Shown: positions 32,319-42,054 of the stretch, one piece after another
Layout of the letters: every line of letters begins with the position of its first letter
Position numbering within the stretch: position 1 is the stretch's first letter
Assembly: GCA_964291285.2 (NCBI GenBank)
Contig: OZ219785.1
Span: 736,001 to 800,000, forward strand
Source: Alphaproteobacteria bacterium
GTDB taxonomy: Bacteria > Pseudomonadota > Alphaproteobacteria > Bin95
Direction of reading: 5' to 3'
DNA length: 64,000 nucleotides
Notes under the pieces: model-generated
Seen by the model: the letters and a program-made list of their open reading frames with translations, nothing else
The model's database searches: none
Told to the model about the DNA's origin: nothing
Translations under genes and position numbers: made by a program

Positions 32319-32986
32319 TGCGCCCCGCCGCCCTGCTGTTCGCCGCGGCACTGCTGCCGGCCGCCAGCATTCCGTCCACCGCATTCGCGAAGGACCTGGG
32401 CGTGCGCGGCGCGACCTGGCCGGTTGCCGAACCCGACCTGCTGGCCGGGATCGAGGCGCGGCTCCTCGAACTGGAACGCTCGGGCGCGCTGGCGCGCCTG
32501 GAGGACGAAGCCCGCGAGCGCGCCCGGCGGAAGCTGGAGGAACCCGACCCGGTTCCGGGCATCGCGCCGGCACGGGAAGAACGCAGCCGGCTGTTCGATC
32601 CGGCCATTACGGTCGCGCGGGACATCCGGTTGCCCGACGGCGCGCTGATCGCCGCGGCCGGGACCCGGGTCAACCCGCTGGAGCGGCTCACGCGCGACCT
32701 GCTGTTCGTCGACGGCAGTCGCGCGGCCGAGATCGCCTGGGCGCTCGCCCATGAGAGCCCCGCGAAGATCGTGCTGCTCGCCGGGCGGCCGCTCGACCTG
32801 ATGCGCCGGCACCGCCGGCCGTTCTTCTTCGACCAGGACGGGCTGCTCGCCGCGCGGTTCGGCATCCGGTTCACGCCGAGCCTGGTCACGCAGGAAGGGG
32901 CGCGGCTGCGTATTGCCGAAATCCCGGTCGAGAGCCGGGACGATCCCGGCCCGGAGGCCGGGACAAGCCCCCGACAGGAGGACTGA
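32315..32986 (+). CDS. traW: TraW
   Basis: AKDLGV.G.TWPVAEPDLL, FDP.IT...DI, G.RVNPL, FFDQ.G.L..RFGI...PS.V. Confidence 0.92.
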   Translation: MMRPAALLFAAALLPAASIPSTAFAKDLGVRGATWPVAEPDLLAGIEARLLELERSGALARLEDEARERARRKLEEPDPVPGIAPAREERSRLFDPAITVARDIRLPDGALIAAAGTRVNPLERLTRDLLFVDGSRAAEIAWALAHESPAKIVLLAGRPLDLMRRHRRPFFFDQDGLLAARFGIRFTPSLVTQEGARLRIAEIPVESRDDPGPEAGTSPRQED

Positions 32987-32990
32987 AGCC

Positions 32991-33377
32991 ATGCTGAACG
33001 TGAACCGGGCGACCCTGGTGGGCCATGCGGGACGCGATCCGGAGGTCCGCGCTCTTGCGAACGGCGAGAAGGCGGCGGCCTTCACGCTTGCCACCACGGA
33101 GAAATGGAAGGGCCGGGAAGGCAAACCCGCCGAGGCCACCGAGTGGCACCGGATTGTCGTTTACGGCCCCGCGGCGGTGGAGACGATGCTGAGGAAGGGC
33201 GACCGGGTGATGGTCGAGAGCCTGCCCCGGACTCGATCCGGGGGTCGCATCGCGACGCGCGCCTGGCGCGACCGGGAGGACGTTGCCCGGACGGTGACCG
33301 AAATCGTCGTCGCCGGCAGGCAGGGCATGGTGAACCTGCTGTCGGGCCGGCGGCCGGGTTCGGGGGCGGCGGAATGA
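32991..33377 (+). CDS. ssb: Single-stranded DNA-binding protein (no acidic tail; 8-aa insertion)
   Basis: NRATLVGHAGRDPE, FTLAT.EKW, TEWHRIV, KGDRV.VE[SLPRTRSG]GRI.TR.W. Confidence 0.82.
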   Translation: MLNVNRATLVGHAGRDPEVRALANGEKAAAFTLATTEKWKGREGKPAEATEWHRIVVYGPAAVETMLRKGDRVMVESLPRTRSGGRIATRAWRDREDVARTVTEIVVAGRQGMVNLLSGRRPGSGAAE

Positions 33378-34375
33378 GTCGCCGTTTCGCTCTCCCGGCC
33401 GTGCTGACCCTCGCGTCCCTGCTCTGGTCCGGCGCGGCCCCGGCGCAGTCCTGCACCGGGCGGTTCGTGAACCCGGTCTCGGACGTGTGCTGGGAGTGCC
33501 TGTTCCCGATCTCGATCGGGCCGGTCACGATCGGCAGCGCGGCGGGGGCGCCGGACACGCCCAACCCGTCCTCGCCGGTCTGCCTGTGCGGCTCGCCGAT
33601 TCCGCGCATCGGGCTCGCGCTCGGGGTCTGGGAGCCGGCGCGGCTGGTGGACGCGACCCGCACCCCCTGGTGCTTCCCCAATCTCGGCGGGCTCACCATC
33701 GATCCCGGACTTCACGCCGCGAGGGGCCGTACAGGCTCCTCCGGCGGCGACGGCGCGCAGGGGTCCGTCTGGCACGCGCACTATTACATGTATCCGCTCT
33801 TGTCCTGGATCGGCGCGCTGCTCGACCCCGGCTGCCTGGAGGGCGGCTCGCTCGACATCGCCTGGACCTCGGAGCTCGACCCGGCGTGGCTCGACGACGA
33901 GCTCACCTTCCTGCTCAACCCGGAGGCGGCACTGTTCGCCAACCTGCCGGCCCAGGCCGCCTGCGCCGCCGACTGCGCCGCGTCCTCGACCGGCCTGCCG
34001 CTGGATGCGCTGTTCTGGTGCGCCGGCTGCCAGGGCGGGATGTATCCGCTGACCGGCAATGTGGCGGCGCATGTCGGCGGCGTGCAGGCCTCGCTGCTGG
34101 CGGCCCAACGCCTGGTCTACCGGCTCCACCGCGCCGGGCTCGCCTGGGGCACCTCCGGGTCCGCCGCGCTCTGCGGGCGCTATCCGATGCCGGTGATGAA
34201 GAAGAGCCAGTACCGCTGGCAGATGACCCAGCCCGTGCCGGCGACCACGCCCATGACCGGCTGCAATCCCACGGGGCGGTCGTCGGTGCTGTGGGAATCC
34301 TTGCGCGAGCTGCCGGTCTCGGGGGAGAGCTTCGGCTACCTGCTGTGGCGCAAACGCAACTGCTGTTTGCTCTGA
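33374..34375 (+). CDS. traU: TraU
   Basis: C.GRFVNP.SDVCWECLFP, WEPARL, SELDP.W.DD, FWCAGCQG..YP, YLLWRKRNCC. Confidence 0.95.
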   Translation: MSRRFALPAVLTLASLLWSGAAPAQSCTGRFVNPVSDVCWECLFPISIGPVTIGSAAGAPDTPNPSSPVCLCGSPIPRIGLALGVWEPARLVDATRTPWCFPNLGGLTIDPGLHAARGRTGSSGGDGAQGSVWHAHYYMYPLLSWIGALLDPGCLEGGSLDIAWTSELDPAWLDDELTFLLNPEAALFANLPAQAACAADCAASSTGLPLDALFWCAGCQGGMYPLTGNVAAHVGGVQASLLAAQRLVYRLHRAGLAWGTSGSAALCGRYPMPVMKKSQYRWQMTQPVPATTPMTGCNPTGRSSVLWESLRELPVSGESFGYLLWRKRNCCLL

Positions 34376-34415
34376 ACCCATGGAAAACACCGATAGATCG
34401 AAAGGTGAAGACGCC

Positions 34416-35183
34416 ATGACAGCCGCCCCTTTCCTGCCCCGAAATGTCCTTGCCCTCGCCGCCGTTCTGGCCGCGGCGGCCGGGCTTGCCCGGGCGGAGG
34501 AACAGCCGCCCGCGGGCAATCCGGACGCCGCCCGGCTGGTCGAGGAGGTGCTGCGCAAGGCGGGCGGCAATGACGGGGAGCCGCTCGGCGAGTGGACCCG
34601 TTCGATCCTCGACCGCGCCCTCCGACGCGCCGGGGAGACCGCACGGCAGGCGGTGCCCGGGGCGCCCGAACACCCCACCGCCCTGCTTCCGGCCGAACGC
34701 CATGCGGGGCGTCTTGCCGGGATTGCGGCCGGGCGCGCCGGCACGGCGGAGGTGCTCATCTTCACCAGCCTGTCGGTTCCTGCCGCGAGTTGGCGCCAAT
34801 GGGCCCGCGAGGCCGCGAAGACGGGCGCGCCGCTGGTGCTGCGCGGCGTGTCGGAAAACGGACTGCCCGCTGCCGCGAAGGAAATCGGCAAGCGCCTCGG
34901 CGGGGCGGCGGCCGGGGTCGCCATCGATCCGCGCCTGTTCCGCCTGTTCGGTGTGACCCGCGTGCCGGCGGTGGCGGTCGTGCCGGGCGGTGTGGCGCCT
35001 TGCGAGAGCCGGGGCTGCGCGGACCCCGGATCGGGGTCCGCGGCAGGCTATCCCGCGCCGCCCCACGATCTGGTGACCGGCAACATCGGCCTCGCGGCGG
35101 CGCTGGAAGCGGTCGCGGACGAGGGCGCGGTCGGCCGTGACGCCGCGCGCCGTCATCTCGAACGCCTCGGGAGGAAGCCATGA
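34416..35183 (+). CDS. trbC: TrbC (F-type pilus assembly)
   Basis: IFTSLSVP..SW, LVLRG, IDPRLF..FG.TRVPA, D.V.GN..L..AL. Confidence 0.88.
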   Translation: MTAAPFLPRNVLALAAVLAAAAGLARAEEQPPAGNPDAARLVEEVLRKAGGNDGEPLGEWTRSILDRALRRAGETARQAVPGAPEHPTALLPAERHAGRLAGIAAGRAGTAEVLIFTSLSVPAASWRQWAREAAKTGAPLVLRGVSENGLPAAAKEIGKRLGGAAAGVAIDPRLFRLFGVTRVPAVAVVPGGVAPCESRGCADPGSGSAAGYPAPPHDLVTGNIGLAAALEAVADEGAVGRDAARRHLERLGRKP

Positions 35184-36325
35184 CGGAACAATCCGAATTC
35201 GCCCGCGACCGCATCGAGGTCGCGCTGGACCGCGGAACCCGGATCGTGCGGCTGCTGACCTGGATCGCCATGTTCGCGCTGGTCTGCCTGACGCTGTGGG
35301 TGGTGTCGGGCATGGGGGCCCGGGCCGAAGATCCGAAGGAGGCCGCGCGCGCCGTCGGCATTGCGGGCAATGCGGCGGCGCGGACGATCGCACGGGATGC
35401 CTCCAGCGCGGCGAAGGCGCCGGGTCATGCCGGCACGGACTTGCCGGAGCGGCGCATCGGCGCGGGCCGCCTCCGGGAAGAAGGCCGGGCCAGGCTCGCC
35501 GATCCGGACGATCCGGGCGGCGCCGCGGGGCGGGCGGTGGTCCGGGGCGCGACCGGCCGGCCCCCGGCGAACGTGCCGGCAAGCGATCCCGTGGTGCGGC
35601 GCTCGGAGGCCATCGCGGCCTCGCCGCAGTCGGCGACACACGGCGCGAGCGGCCTCGCGTCCGGCAGCGCCACGGACTGCGGAGCGGACCTTCAGGATGC
35701 GGACGCCGGCGGGACCTGCGGCTCCGTGCGCTGGTGCGTCGGCGCCGGCTGCGAGACCGTGCGGCCGGAGGCCAACGCCGGTTTCGTGAACGCGGCGACC
35801 CGGTTGAACATGGCGGTCGAGCTGGGCGGCGATGAGTTCGACCGCCAGGACATGCGCTTCTTCACCGGGGAGCGCCGGGCCTGCCACATCAGGCTGTTCG
35901 GGCTCGCGAACTGCTGCAGGAACTCGAGCCTCCTGGCGGGGCTCGGCAACTGCTCGGCCTCCGAGATCGAGCTCGCCGGGGAGCGCAACGCCGGCACCAC
36001 CCACTATCTCGGCCGCTACTGCTCGAAGCGCGCCTTCTTCGGCGTCTGCCTCCGCCACTCGCGCGCCTGGTGCGTGTTCGGCTCGAAGCTCGGGCGCCTC
36101 CTCCAGCAGCAGGGCCGCGCCCAGCTCGGTATCGGCTGGGGAAGCTGCCGGGGCTTCACCGTGGCCGAGGTGGAATCGATCGACTTCGCCCGGATCGACC
36201 TGTCGGAGTTCGCCGAGGACCTGATGGACGGATCGAAGGAACCCTCGGTCTCGCTGCCGGACGCCCACGGCACCGGCCAGGCCATGCGCACGCGCATCCG
36301 CGACTTCTACCGGCGGGGCCGGTGA
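35180..36325 (+). CDS. traN: TraN mating-pair stabilisation protein (short form)
   Basis: FF.GE...C...NCC, CS..E..L, HYLG.YCS, C......WC.F.SKL..L.QQQGRAQL, CRGFT..E...IDF..IDLSEF. Confidence 0.88.
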   Translation: MTEQSEFARDRIEVALDRGTRIVRLLTWIAMFALVCLTLWVVSGMGARAEDPKEAARAVGIAGNAAARTIARDASSAAKAPGHAGTDLPERRIGAGRLREEGRARLADPDDPGGAAGRAVVRGATGRPPANVPASDPVVRRSEAIAASPQSATHGASGLASGSATDCGADLQDADAGGTCGSVRWCVGAGCETVRPEANAGFVNAATRLNMAVELGGDEFDRQDMRFFTGERRACHIRLFGLANCCRNSSLLAGLGNCSASEIELAGERNAGTTHYLGRYCSKRAFFGVCLRHSRAWCVFGSKLGRLLQQQGRAQLGIGWGSCRGFTVAEVESIDFARIDLSEFAEDLMDGSKEPSVSLPDAHGTGQAMRTRIRDFYRRGR

Positions 36326-37155
36326 TGGCGCGCGCCGTCATGCGGGCGCTGTACGCCCTGAAGCGCGTCCTCGCCGCGACGGCGGTCTGGGCGGCACTGA
36401 GTTCTCCTGCGGCGGCAGGGGAATGGCGCGAATGGTGCGCCGACGAGGGCGCCGGCGCCTCGCTCGGCTGGCACTTCTACTGCGACCGGAAAGAGGAGGC
36501 GGAAGCGCCGGAGCCGCCGCCCGCGCCGAGAGCGAGCGAAGCCGGGGGATCGGCGTCAGACAGGATTCAGGCGATGCGCCGCGCCCTCGAAGAAGCGCGG
36601 GCGGAAGCGATCCTCGACCCCACCCCCGACAAGGTGAGCGCCTATCTGCGCCTCCAGCAGGAGACGCTGCAACGGGCGGCGGCCTTTTCCGACGCCTTCC
36701 GGCGCACGGTCTGGGCGACGCCGGAGCTCGACTACACGCTGCGCCGCCCGGTCGGCGCGCTTGCGAAGCAGGTCTGGTCGGACGAACGGAGGCAGGCCCG
36801 CGATGCCGCGCTGGCCCGCCTCGGCGAGCGTTACGGGCTGATCTATCTCGGCCATGCCGGTTGCGCGGCGTGCCGGGTGTTCGGCCCGCTGCTGCGCGCC
36901 TTCGCCCGGCGCCACGGCCTTGACGTGCTGGCCGTCTCGCTCGACGGCGCGGCGCTGGAGGGCTGGCCCGAGGCGGCGCCCGATCGGGGGCGCGCCGCCC
37001 GGCTGGGTCTCGGCAATGCGCCCGTGCCCGCCCTGGTGCTGTTCGACACGAAGACGCAACGCGCGATCCCGGTCGGCTTCGGCGTCATGGCCGAGGACCG
37101 GATGGCCGAGCGCATCTTCGCCCTCACCGCCCTGGAGTCCGGACATGATTACTGA
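36325..37155 (+). CDS. traF: TraF (thioredoxin-like)
   Basis: GWHFYC, A...PT...V..Y...Q, P.LDY...RP, CAAC, VSLDG, VPAL.L. Confidence 0.88.
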   Translation: MARAVMRALYALKRVLAATAVWAALSSPAAAGEWREWCADEGAGASLGWHFYCDRKEEAEAPEPPPAPRASEAGGSASDRIQAMRRALEEARAEAILDPTPDKVSAYLRLQQETLQRAAAFSDAFRRTVWATPELDYTLRRPVGALAKQVWSDERRQARDAALARLGERYGLIYLGHAGCAACRVFGPLLRAFARRHGLDVLAVSLDGAALEGWPEAAPDRGRAARLGLGNAPVPALVLFDTKTQRAIPVGFGVMAEDRMAERIFALTALESGHDY

Positions 37156-38566
37156 ATGGAAGAGAAGCGCCGCCGCGGCGCTGGCATCCGCCGTGCTGGC
37201 CGCCTTGCCCGCACGGGCCGACGTGCTCTCGGAGATGAACCGCTTCTGGCAGGGGGCGGCGGTCAACACCACCGGGCCGACCGCCTTTCACGGCCAGGCC
37301 TCCGGCCACTGGACGCTGGGCAACCTCTATCTGCGCTCGCCCGTGCGTTCGGAGCAGATCGCGACGGTGAACCTTCCCTCCTTCCGCTCGGGCTGCGGCG
37401 GCATCGACGCCTTTGCGGGCGCGTTCTCCTTCATCGACTCGGACCAGCTGATCGCCTTCGGCCGCGCGGTGGCGCAGAACGCCGCCGGCTTCGCTTTCGA
37501 GCTGGCGCTGGAGACCATCTCGCCGGTGATCGCCGAGACCATGGCGAAGCTCCGCGCGCTGGCGCAGTGGGTCAACGCGCAGAACCTCAACAGCTGCGAG
37601 ACCGCGCAGGCGCTGGTCGGCGCGGCCTGGGCGAAGAACGACCGGGCGAGTGCCGCCATCTGTGCGGCCGTCGGCGCCGGCCAGGGCATCTTCTCGGACT
37701 ATGCCGCCGCCCGGCACGGCTGCGGCGCCGACGGCCGGCGCAACTCGACCCTGGCCGCCGCCTCCGGGGCGATGGCGGACCAGGCGCCGGTCAACGTCAA
37801 CTACGCCTGGAAGGCGATCCGGGCGTCGTCCTTCCTTGCGGGAGACACGCAGCTCGCCGAGTTCGCCATGGCGGTGACCGGCACGCTGATCGTCACCGCG
37901 CCCGTCTCCGATGCCGATACCTCCGGTCCGCGGGTGCGCATCCTGGAGCCGCTGGCGCTCGACCGGCGCGTCACCGAGACCCTGATGGAGGGCGGCGGCC
38001 AGCTTCCGGTCTACCGCTGCGACACGACGGCCCTCTGCCTCAATCCGAGCCTAGGCACGGTAACAATCCCCGCCAACCGGGGCTTCCGGGCGCGGGTGGC
38101 GGCGCTGCTGCGCGACCTCGTGGACGCGGTGCGCACCGACACCGCCCCGCCCGCCCCGGCGCTCGGGCTGGTCAACCTCACCACGCTGCCGGTCTACCGG
38201 GTCGCCAATGCGGCGGCCGCCTACCGGGGCGCGGTCATCGACCAGGAGATGGACGCGCTTGCGGAAGCTGTCGCGCTCGACGTCATGCAGGTCTGGATCG
38301 CCGACCTGCACCGCACGGTCGAGGAGCGCGCCGGCACGCTCGACATCGCCGATGGCGAGCAGTTGCAGCGCTGGCGCGAAGGGCTCCGGTCCAACCGGGC
38401 GGCGCTCGCAAGGCACCGCCACCAGGGGCTCCAGCGGCTGAACACGGCGCTCGCCGTGGTCGAGAAGCTGCGCCTGATCGAGACCGAGCTCGCGGGCGCG
38501 CTCTCGGCCGACCTTCGCGCCGCGCTCGCCTTCGCCCGCGGCGGCGCCGGCGCGGGCTCGCGGTGA
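37145..38566 (+). CDS. traH: TraH
   Basis: N.T.P.AF.GQ..G..T.G, LPS..SGCGGIDAFAG.FSFI, AF.LAL, NSCE.AQ. Confidence 0.92.
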   Translation: MITEWKRSAAAALASAVLAALPARADVLSEMNRFWQGAAVNTTGPTAFHGQASGHWTLGNLYLRSPVRSEQIATVNLPSFRSGCGGIDAFAGAFSFIDSDQLIAFGRAVAQNAAGFAFELALETISPVIAETMAKLRALAQWVNAQNLNSCETAQALVGAAWAKNDRASAAICAAVGAGQGIFSDYAAARHGCGADGRRNSTLAAASGAMADQAPVNVNYAWKAIRASSFLAGDTQLAEFAMAVTGTLIVTAPVSDADTSGPRVRILEPLALDRRVTETLMEGGGQLPVYRCDTTALCLNPSLGTVTIPANRGFRARVAALLRDLVDAVRTDTAPPAPALGLVNLTTLPVYRVANAAAAYRGAVIDQEMDALAEAVALDVMQVWIADLHRTVEERAGTLDIADGEQLQRWREGLRSNRAALARHRHQGLQRLNTALAVVEKLRLIETELAGALSADLRAALAFARGGAGAGSR

Positions 38567-38609
38567 CGGAAGCCGTGACGGCGGCCGGGGCATCGGGCAC
38601 CCATAGATA

Positions 38610-41531
38610 ATGTACGAGCTCTTCACCCTCGGCGGCGGGACCTACCTCGTCGACCTCCTGAACGCGGTCGCGGCGATCACCTCGGGCGGCGCCTATGTGA
38701 CGCTGGCGCAGCTCGCGGGCGTCGCCGGCCTCGGCTGGGTGCTGTTCCGCACCGCCTTCGGCGGTTCGTGGAAGGACAATGCGAAGTGGATCCTGCTGTT
38801 CGCGGTCGTCTGGGGCGCGATGGTCGTGCCGAAGGCGACGGTGCGGGTCGTGGACCGGCTCGATCCGACGCTGGCACCCGCCGTGGTGGCGAACGTCCCC
38901 ATCGGGCTTGCGCTGTTCGCCTCGCTCACCTCCCGGGTCGGCGACGGGCTGACCCGCCTCACCGAGCAGGCCTTCACCCTGCCGGACGACCTCCAGTACC
39001 ACCGCCACGGGCTGATCTTCGGGGCGAGGCTGGCGGCAAAGGCGACGCGCCTCGAGATCACCGATGCGGTGTTCGCCCGCAACATCCGCAACTACGCAAG
39101 GCAGTGCGTCTTCCACGCGCTGCTGCTGGGCCACGTCTCGGCGGACGATCTGCGCGAGTCGACCGACATCTGGTCCTTGGTGACCGCCGCGGGCTCGCCG
39201 TCCGCCGGGGCCTCGCCGGCGCGCATGGTGGAGTTCGCGGCGCGGCAGGCGCCGACGGCCACCGGGGCCACGCCGATCGATCGCGAGATCGTCACCTGCC
39301 GGGACGCGGCTTCGAGGCTGAACGGCCAGTGGAACGCCGAGATCGCCCGCGCCGGCACGGTGTTCGGGCGGCGCATCTTCCCCGACGCCGGAACCGGGGC
39401 GCTGGCCAGGGCCGAGCTGCTCGCGGCATTGCCCGCCGCGCACGGCTTCCTGATCGGCGCGTCGCGCTCGGCCGCGGAGATCATGCGCCAGCAGATGGTG
39501 CTGAACGCGGTCCACGACGCCGGCGAGCAGTGGGCGGCGGAGGCCGGCAACGCCGCCGCGCTCAGGGCCTGGACCGAAGCAAGGGCCGAAGCCCAGACGG
39601 TCTCGGCCTACCGGGCCATCGGGCGGCAGGCGGAGACCTGGGTGCCCTTGCTGCGGATCGTCTTCGAGTGCCTCTATGTAGGCGCCTTCCCGATGGCGGT
39701 GCTGCTGATGCTGACCCCGGCGGGGACGGCGATCTTCCGGTCCTATGTGACCGGGCTCGTATGGCTCCAGTCCTGGGGGCCGCTCTACGCGGTGCTGCAC
39801 CGGATCAGCATGGGCGAGGCGGCGGAGCGCATGCAGGCCGCGGCGCTCATGCCGGGCGGCGATATCGGCATCTCGCTGGTGGCCCAGGCCGGCATCCGGG
39901 CCGTCGCGTCCGACGTGGCGGTGATGTCGGGCTACCTCTCGATGTCGGTGCCGTTCCTCGCCGCCGCCCTCGCCTACGGGCTCTCGAAAGCCACCGTGCT
40001 TGCGACCTCGGTGCTGGCGGTCGGCCAGGACGCCGCGTCCTCGGCCGCGCATGAGGGCACGACCGGCAATCTCAGCCTCGCCAACACGGGCTACGACACC
40101 CATCGCTTCGCGACCCTGGAAGGCCGCCATATCCGCACCTCGGCCCATGTCGACACCGACCGCTACACCGGCTACGCGCCCATGGGCGCAGGCTTTACGG
40201 TGACCGGCGACGGGACGGCGGTGGCGGATGCCGGCGCCGCCACCAGCCGCATCCCGGCCGCCGGGGTGCGCCTCTCGGAGTCGCTGGCGACCAGCCACGA
40301 GACCCGGGCGGCGGAGGCCCGGACGCTGTCGCGGCACTGGTCGGCGGAGGCGGGCCAGGCGAGGAACGCCGCCGTCACCGACGCCACGGCGATGATCGAG
40401 CGCTACAGCCGCGACGTCTCGACCGGCGAGGCTTACGCGCGCGGCGTCACCGAGAGCGAGTCGAGCCAGGCGCAGGCGCTGGACTCGCATGTCGAGAAGC
40501 TGTCGGAGATTGCCGGGATCGCCGGGAACCAGGCGGCGGTGCTGACCGGCCAGGCCAGCGTCGGCGGCGGCTGGGACTTCATCGTCAAGGCCCGGGCGGA
40601 CGGCTCGGTGATGTGGCGCGGCCAGACCATCGAATCGGAGGCCTGGAACCGGGTGAAGGAGTATGACCGCCAGCATGGCGTCACCGAGACCTGGGGCCGG
40701 GTCTCCGAGGCGTCGCGGCGCTACTCGACCTCCACCGGCAACAGCGAGATGGCGGGCCTCGACGAGAGCCTGTCGGCCAACCTCACCCGCATGCGGACGT
40801 TCCAGGAGCGGGCCGCGCTGGCGAGACAGGAGTCGGAGAGCTGGTCGGAGCAGGCGGCGCAGGTGCGCTCGGACGCGCAGGCGATCGAGCGCGAACTCGG
40901 CCAGCCCTTCTTCGCCTGGCTCTCGGAGCAGCCGGGGACGGACGGGCGCGCGATCGGCGCGGCGGGCGCCATGCGCCTCGCCTCGCCGCAGACGGCGGAG
41001 GATTCCGAACAGCTCCGGGAACATGCCGCGGCGTTCATCGCGGAGAAATACCCGGCGCCGGCCGGACCGGACACGGTCGGCGGCGCGGCGGAGTACGAGG
41101 CGGCAACCGGGGAGCTGCGCGAGGCCTATGCGAGGGAAACCGCTGCGGCTTACGGCGGCTGGGCGGCGGGGGTGCGCGACCGGGCGCGCGAGGCCGGCGC
41201 GCCGGGCGAGCCCGCTGCGGCGGCAAGGGCGGAGCGGGTCGAGACGAAGACCGGGCAGATCATGATGGAGGCGGCCCGCGAAGCGCGCCAGGCCGTGACG
41301 CGCGACGAGGCGGCGGAAGGCCGCGCGGGCGTTGCCGTCGAGACGGACAAGCCGTTCGAGCGGCACGCAACGGAGAACCTGCCGGTGGTCGGCGACCGGC
41401 TTGCGGGCAAGCTGTTCGGCACGGCCCGGAACGCCGCGCCGGACGCAGCGCCGGACGCCGCGCCCGGCAACGGAGAACCTGCCCGGCAGCGGGAGGAGAG
41501 CCAGGCGGGCTGGGGGGCCTCCTCGCCGTGA
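38610..41531 (+). CDS. traG: TraG
   Basis: YELFTLGGG..L...LNAVA, VANVP.GLA, NY..QCV, WLQSWGPLYAVL. Confidence 0.92.
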   Translation: MYELFTLGGGTYLVDLLNAVAAITSGGAYVTLAQLAGVAGLGWVLFRTAFGGSWKDNAKWILLFAVVWGAMVVPKATVRVVDRLDPTLAPAVVANVPIGLALFASLTSRVGDGLTRLTEQAFTLPDDLQYHRHGLIFGARLAAKATRLEITDAVFARNIRNYARQCVFHALLLGHVSADDLRESTDIWSLVTAAGSPSAGASPARMVEFAARQAPTATGATPIDREIVTCRDAASRLNGQWNAEIARAGTVFGRRIFPDAGTGALARAELLAALPAAHGFLIGASRSAAEIMRQQMVLNAVHDAGEQWAAEAGNAAALRAWTEARAEAQTVSAYRAIGRQAETWVPLLRIVFECLYVGAFPMAVLLMLTPAGTAIFRSYVTGLVWLQSWGPLYAVLHRISMGEAAERMQAAALMPGGDIGISLVAQAGIRAVASDVAVMSGYLSMSVPFLAAALAYGLSKATVLATSVLAVGQDAASSAAHEGTTGNLSLANTGYDTHRFATLEGRHIRTSAHVDTDRYTGYAPMGAGFTVTGDGTAVADAGAATSRIPAAGVRLSESLATSHETRAAEARTLSRHWSAEAGQARNAAVTDATAMIERYSRDVSTGEAYARGVTESESSQAQALDSHVEKLSEIAGIAGNQAAVLTGQASVGGGWDFIVKARADGSVMWRGQTIESEAWNRVKEYDRQHGVTETWGRVSEASRRYSTSTGNSEMAGLDESLSANLTRMRTFQERAALARQESESWSEQAAQVRSDAQAIERELGQPFFAWLSEQPGTDGRAIGAAGAMRLASPQTAEDSEQLREHAAAFIAEKYPAPAGPDTVGGAAEYEAATGELREAYARETAAAYGGWAAGVRDRAREAGAPGEPAAAARAERVETKTGQIMMEAAREARQAVTRDEAAEGRAGVAVETDKPFERHATENLPVVGDRLAGKLFGTARNAAPDAAPDAAPGNGEPARQREESQAGWGASSP

Positions 41532-41545
41532 CCCCGGCGGAGGCT

Positions 41546-41908
41546 TCAGCCGCCGCGCATCAGGCGCTCGTGCTGTTCGGCAATGTCCATGTCGACCCCG
41601 CTCTTCAGGGACCAAGTGTCGGTGTCGCGCGGCAGCCCGCAGCGGCGGAAGGCGCTCCAGTCGCCGCGCCGGATGCCGCGGCGCAGCGCGAGGGCCAGGG
41701 ACGAGACCGCGGCCCAGGCGCCGGCGGCGAGCCATGCGGCGGCGATCGCTTCGAGGCCGGAGCCCGCGGCGGCGGACCATGCGGTGACGAGGGCCGCCAG
41801 CGCGAAGCCGCCCAGGACGACGGCGCGCTCGCGCCGGGTCGGGCGGACAGCGTCGGGGTTGTTGCCCGGTTCACGCACCGGGCCGGGCGATGTGCGCGTC
41901 ATGTTCAT
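41546..41908 (-). CDS. Small membrane protein convergent on traG; candidate entry-exclusion protein
   Basis: Two hydrophobic segments; GGAGG RBS; position matches TraG-linked exclusion genes. Confidence 0.5.
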   Translation of the reverse strand: MNMTRTSPGPVREPGNNPDAVRPTRRERAVVLGGFALAALVTAWSAAAGSGLEAIAAAWLAAGAWAAVSSLALALRRGIRRGDWSAFRRCGLPRDTDTWSLKSGVDMDIAEQHERLMRGG

Positions 41909-42054
41909 GTCCTCCGATCATACCGGCAACGGTTCGGAATGGAGTTCCGGCGGCCCCGGACCCCCCTTCCGGGGAGCGCCGCCCTCCGGCCCGTTCCCCC
42001 TCGCCCGGCCCCTGCCGGCCTTCGGCTCCGGGCGCTGCGGCCCGCGGTGCGGCG

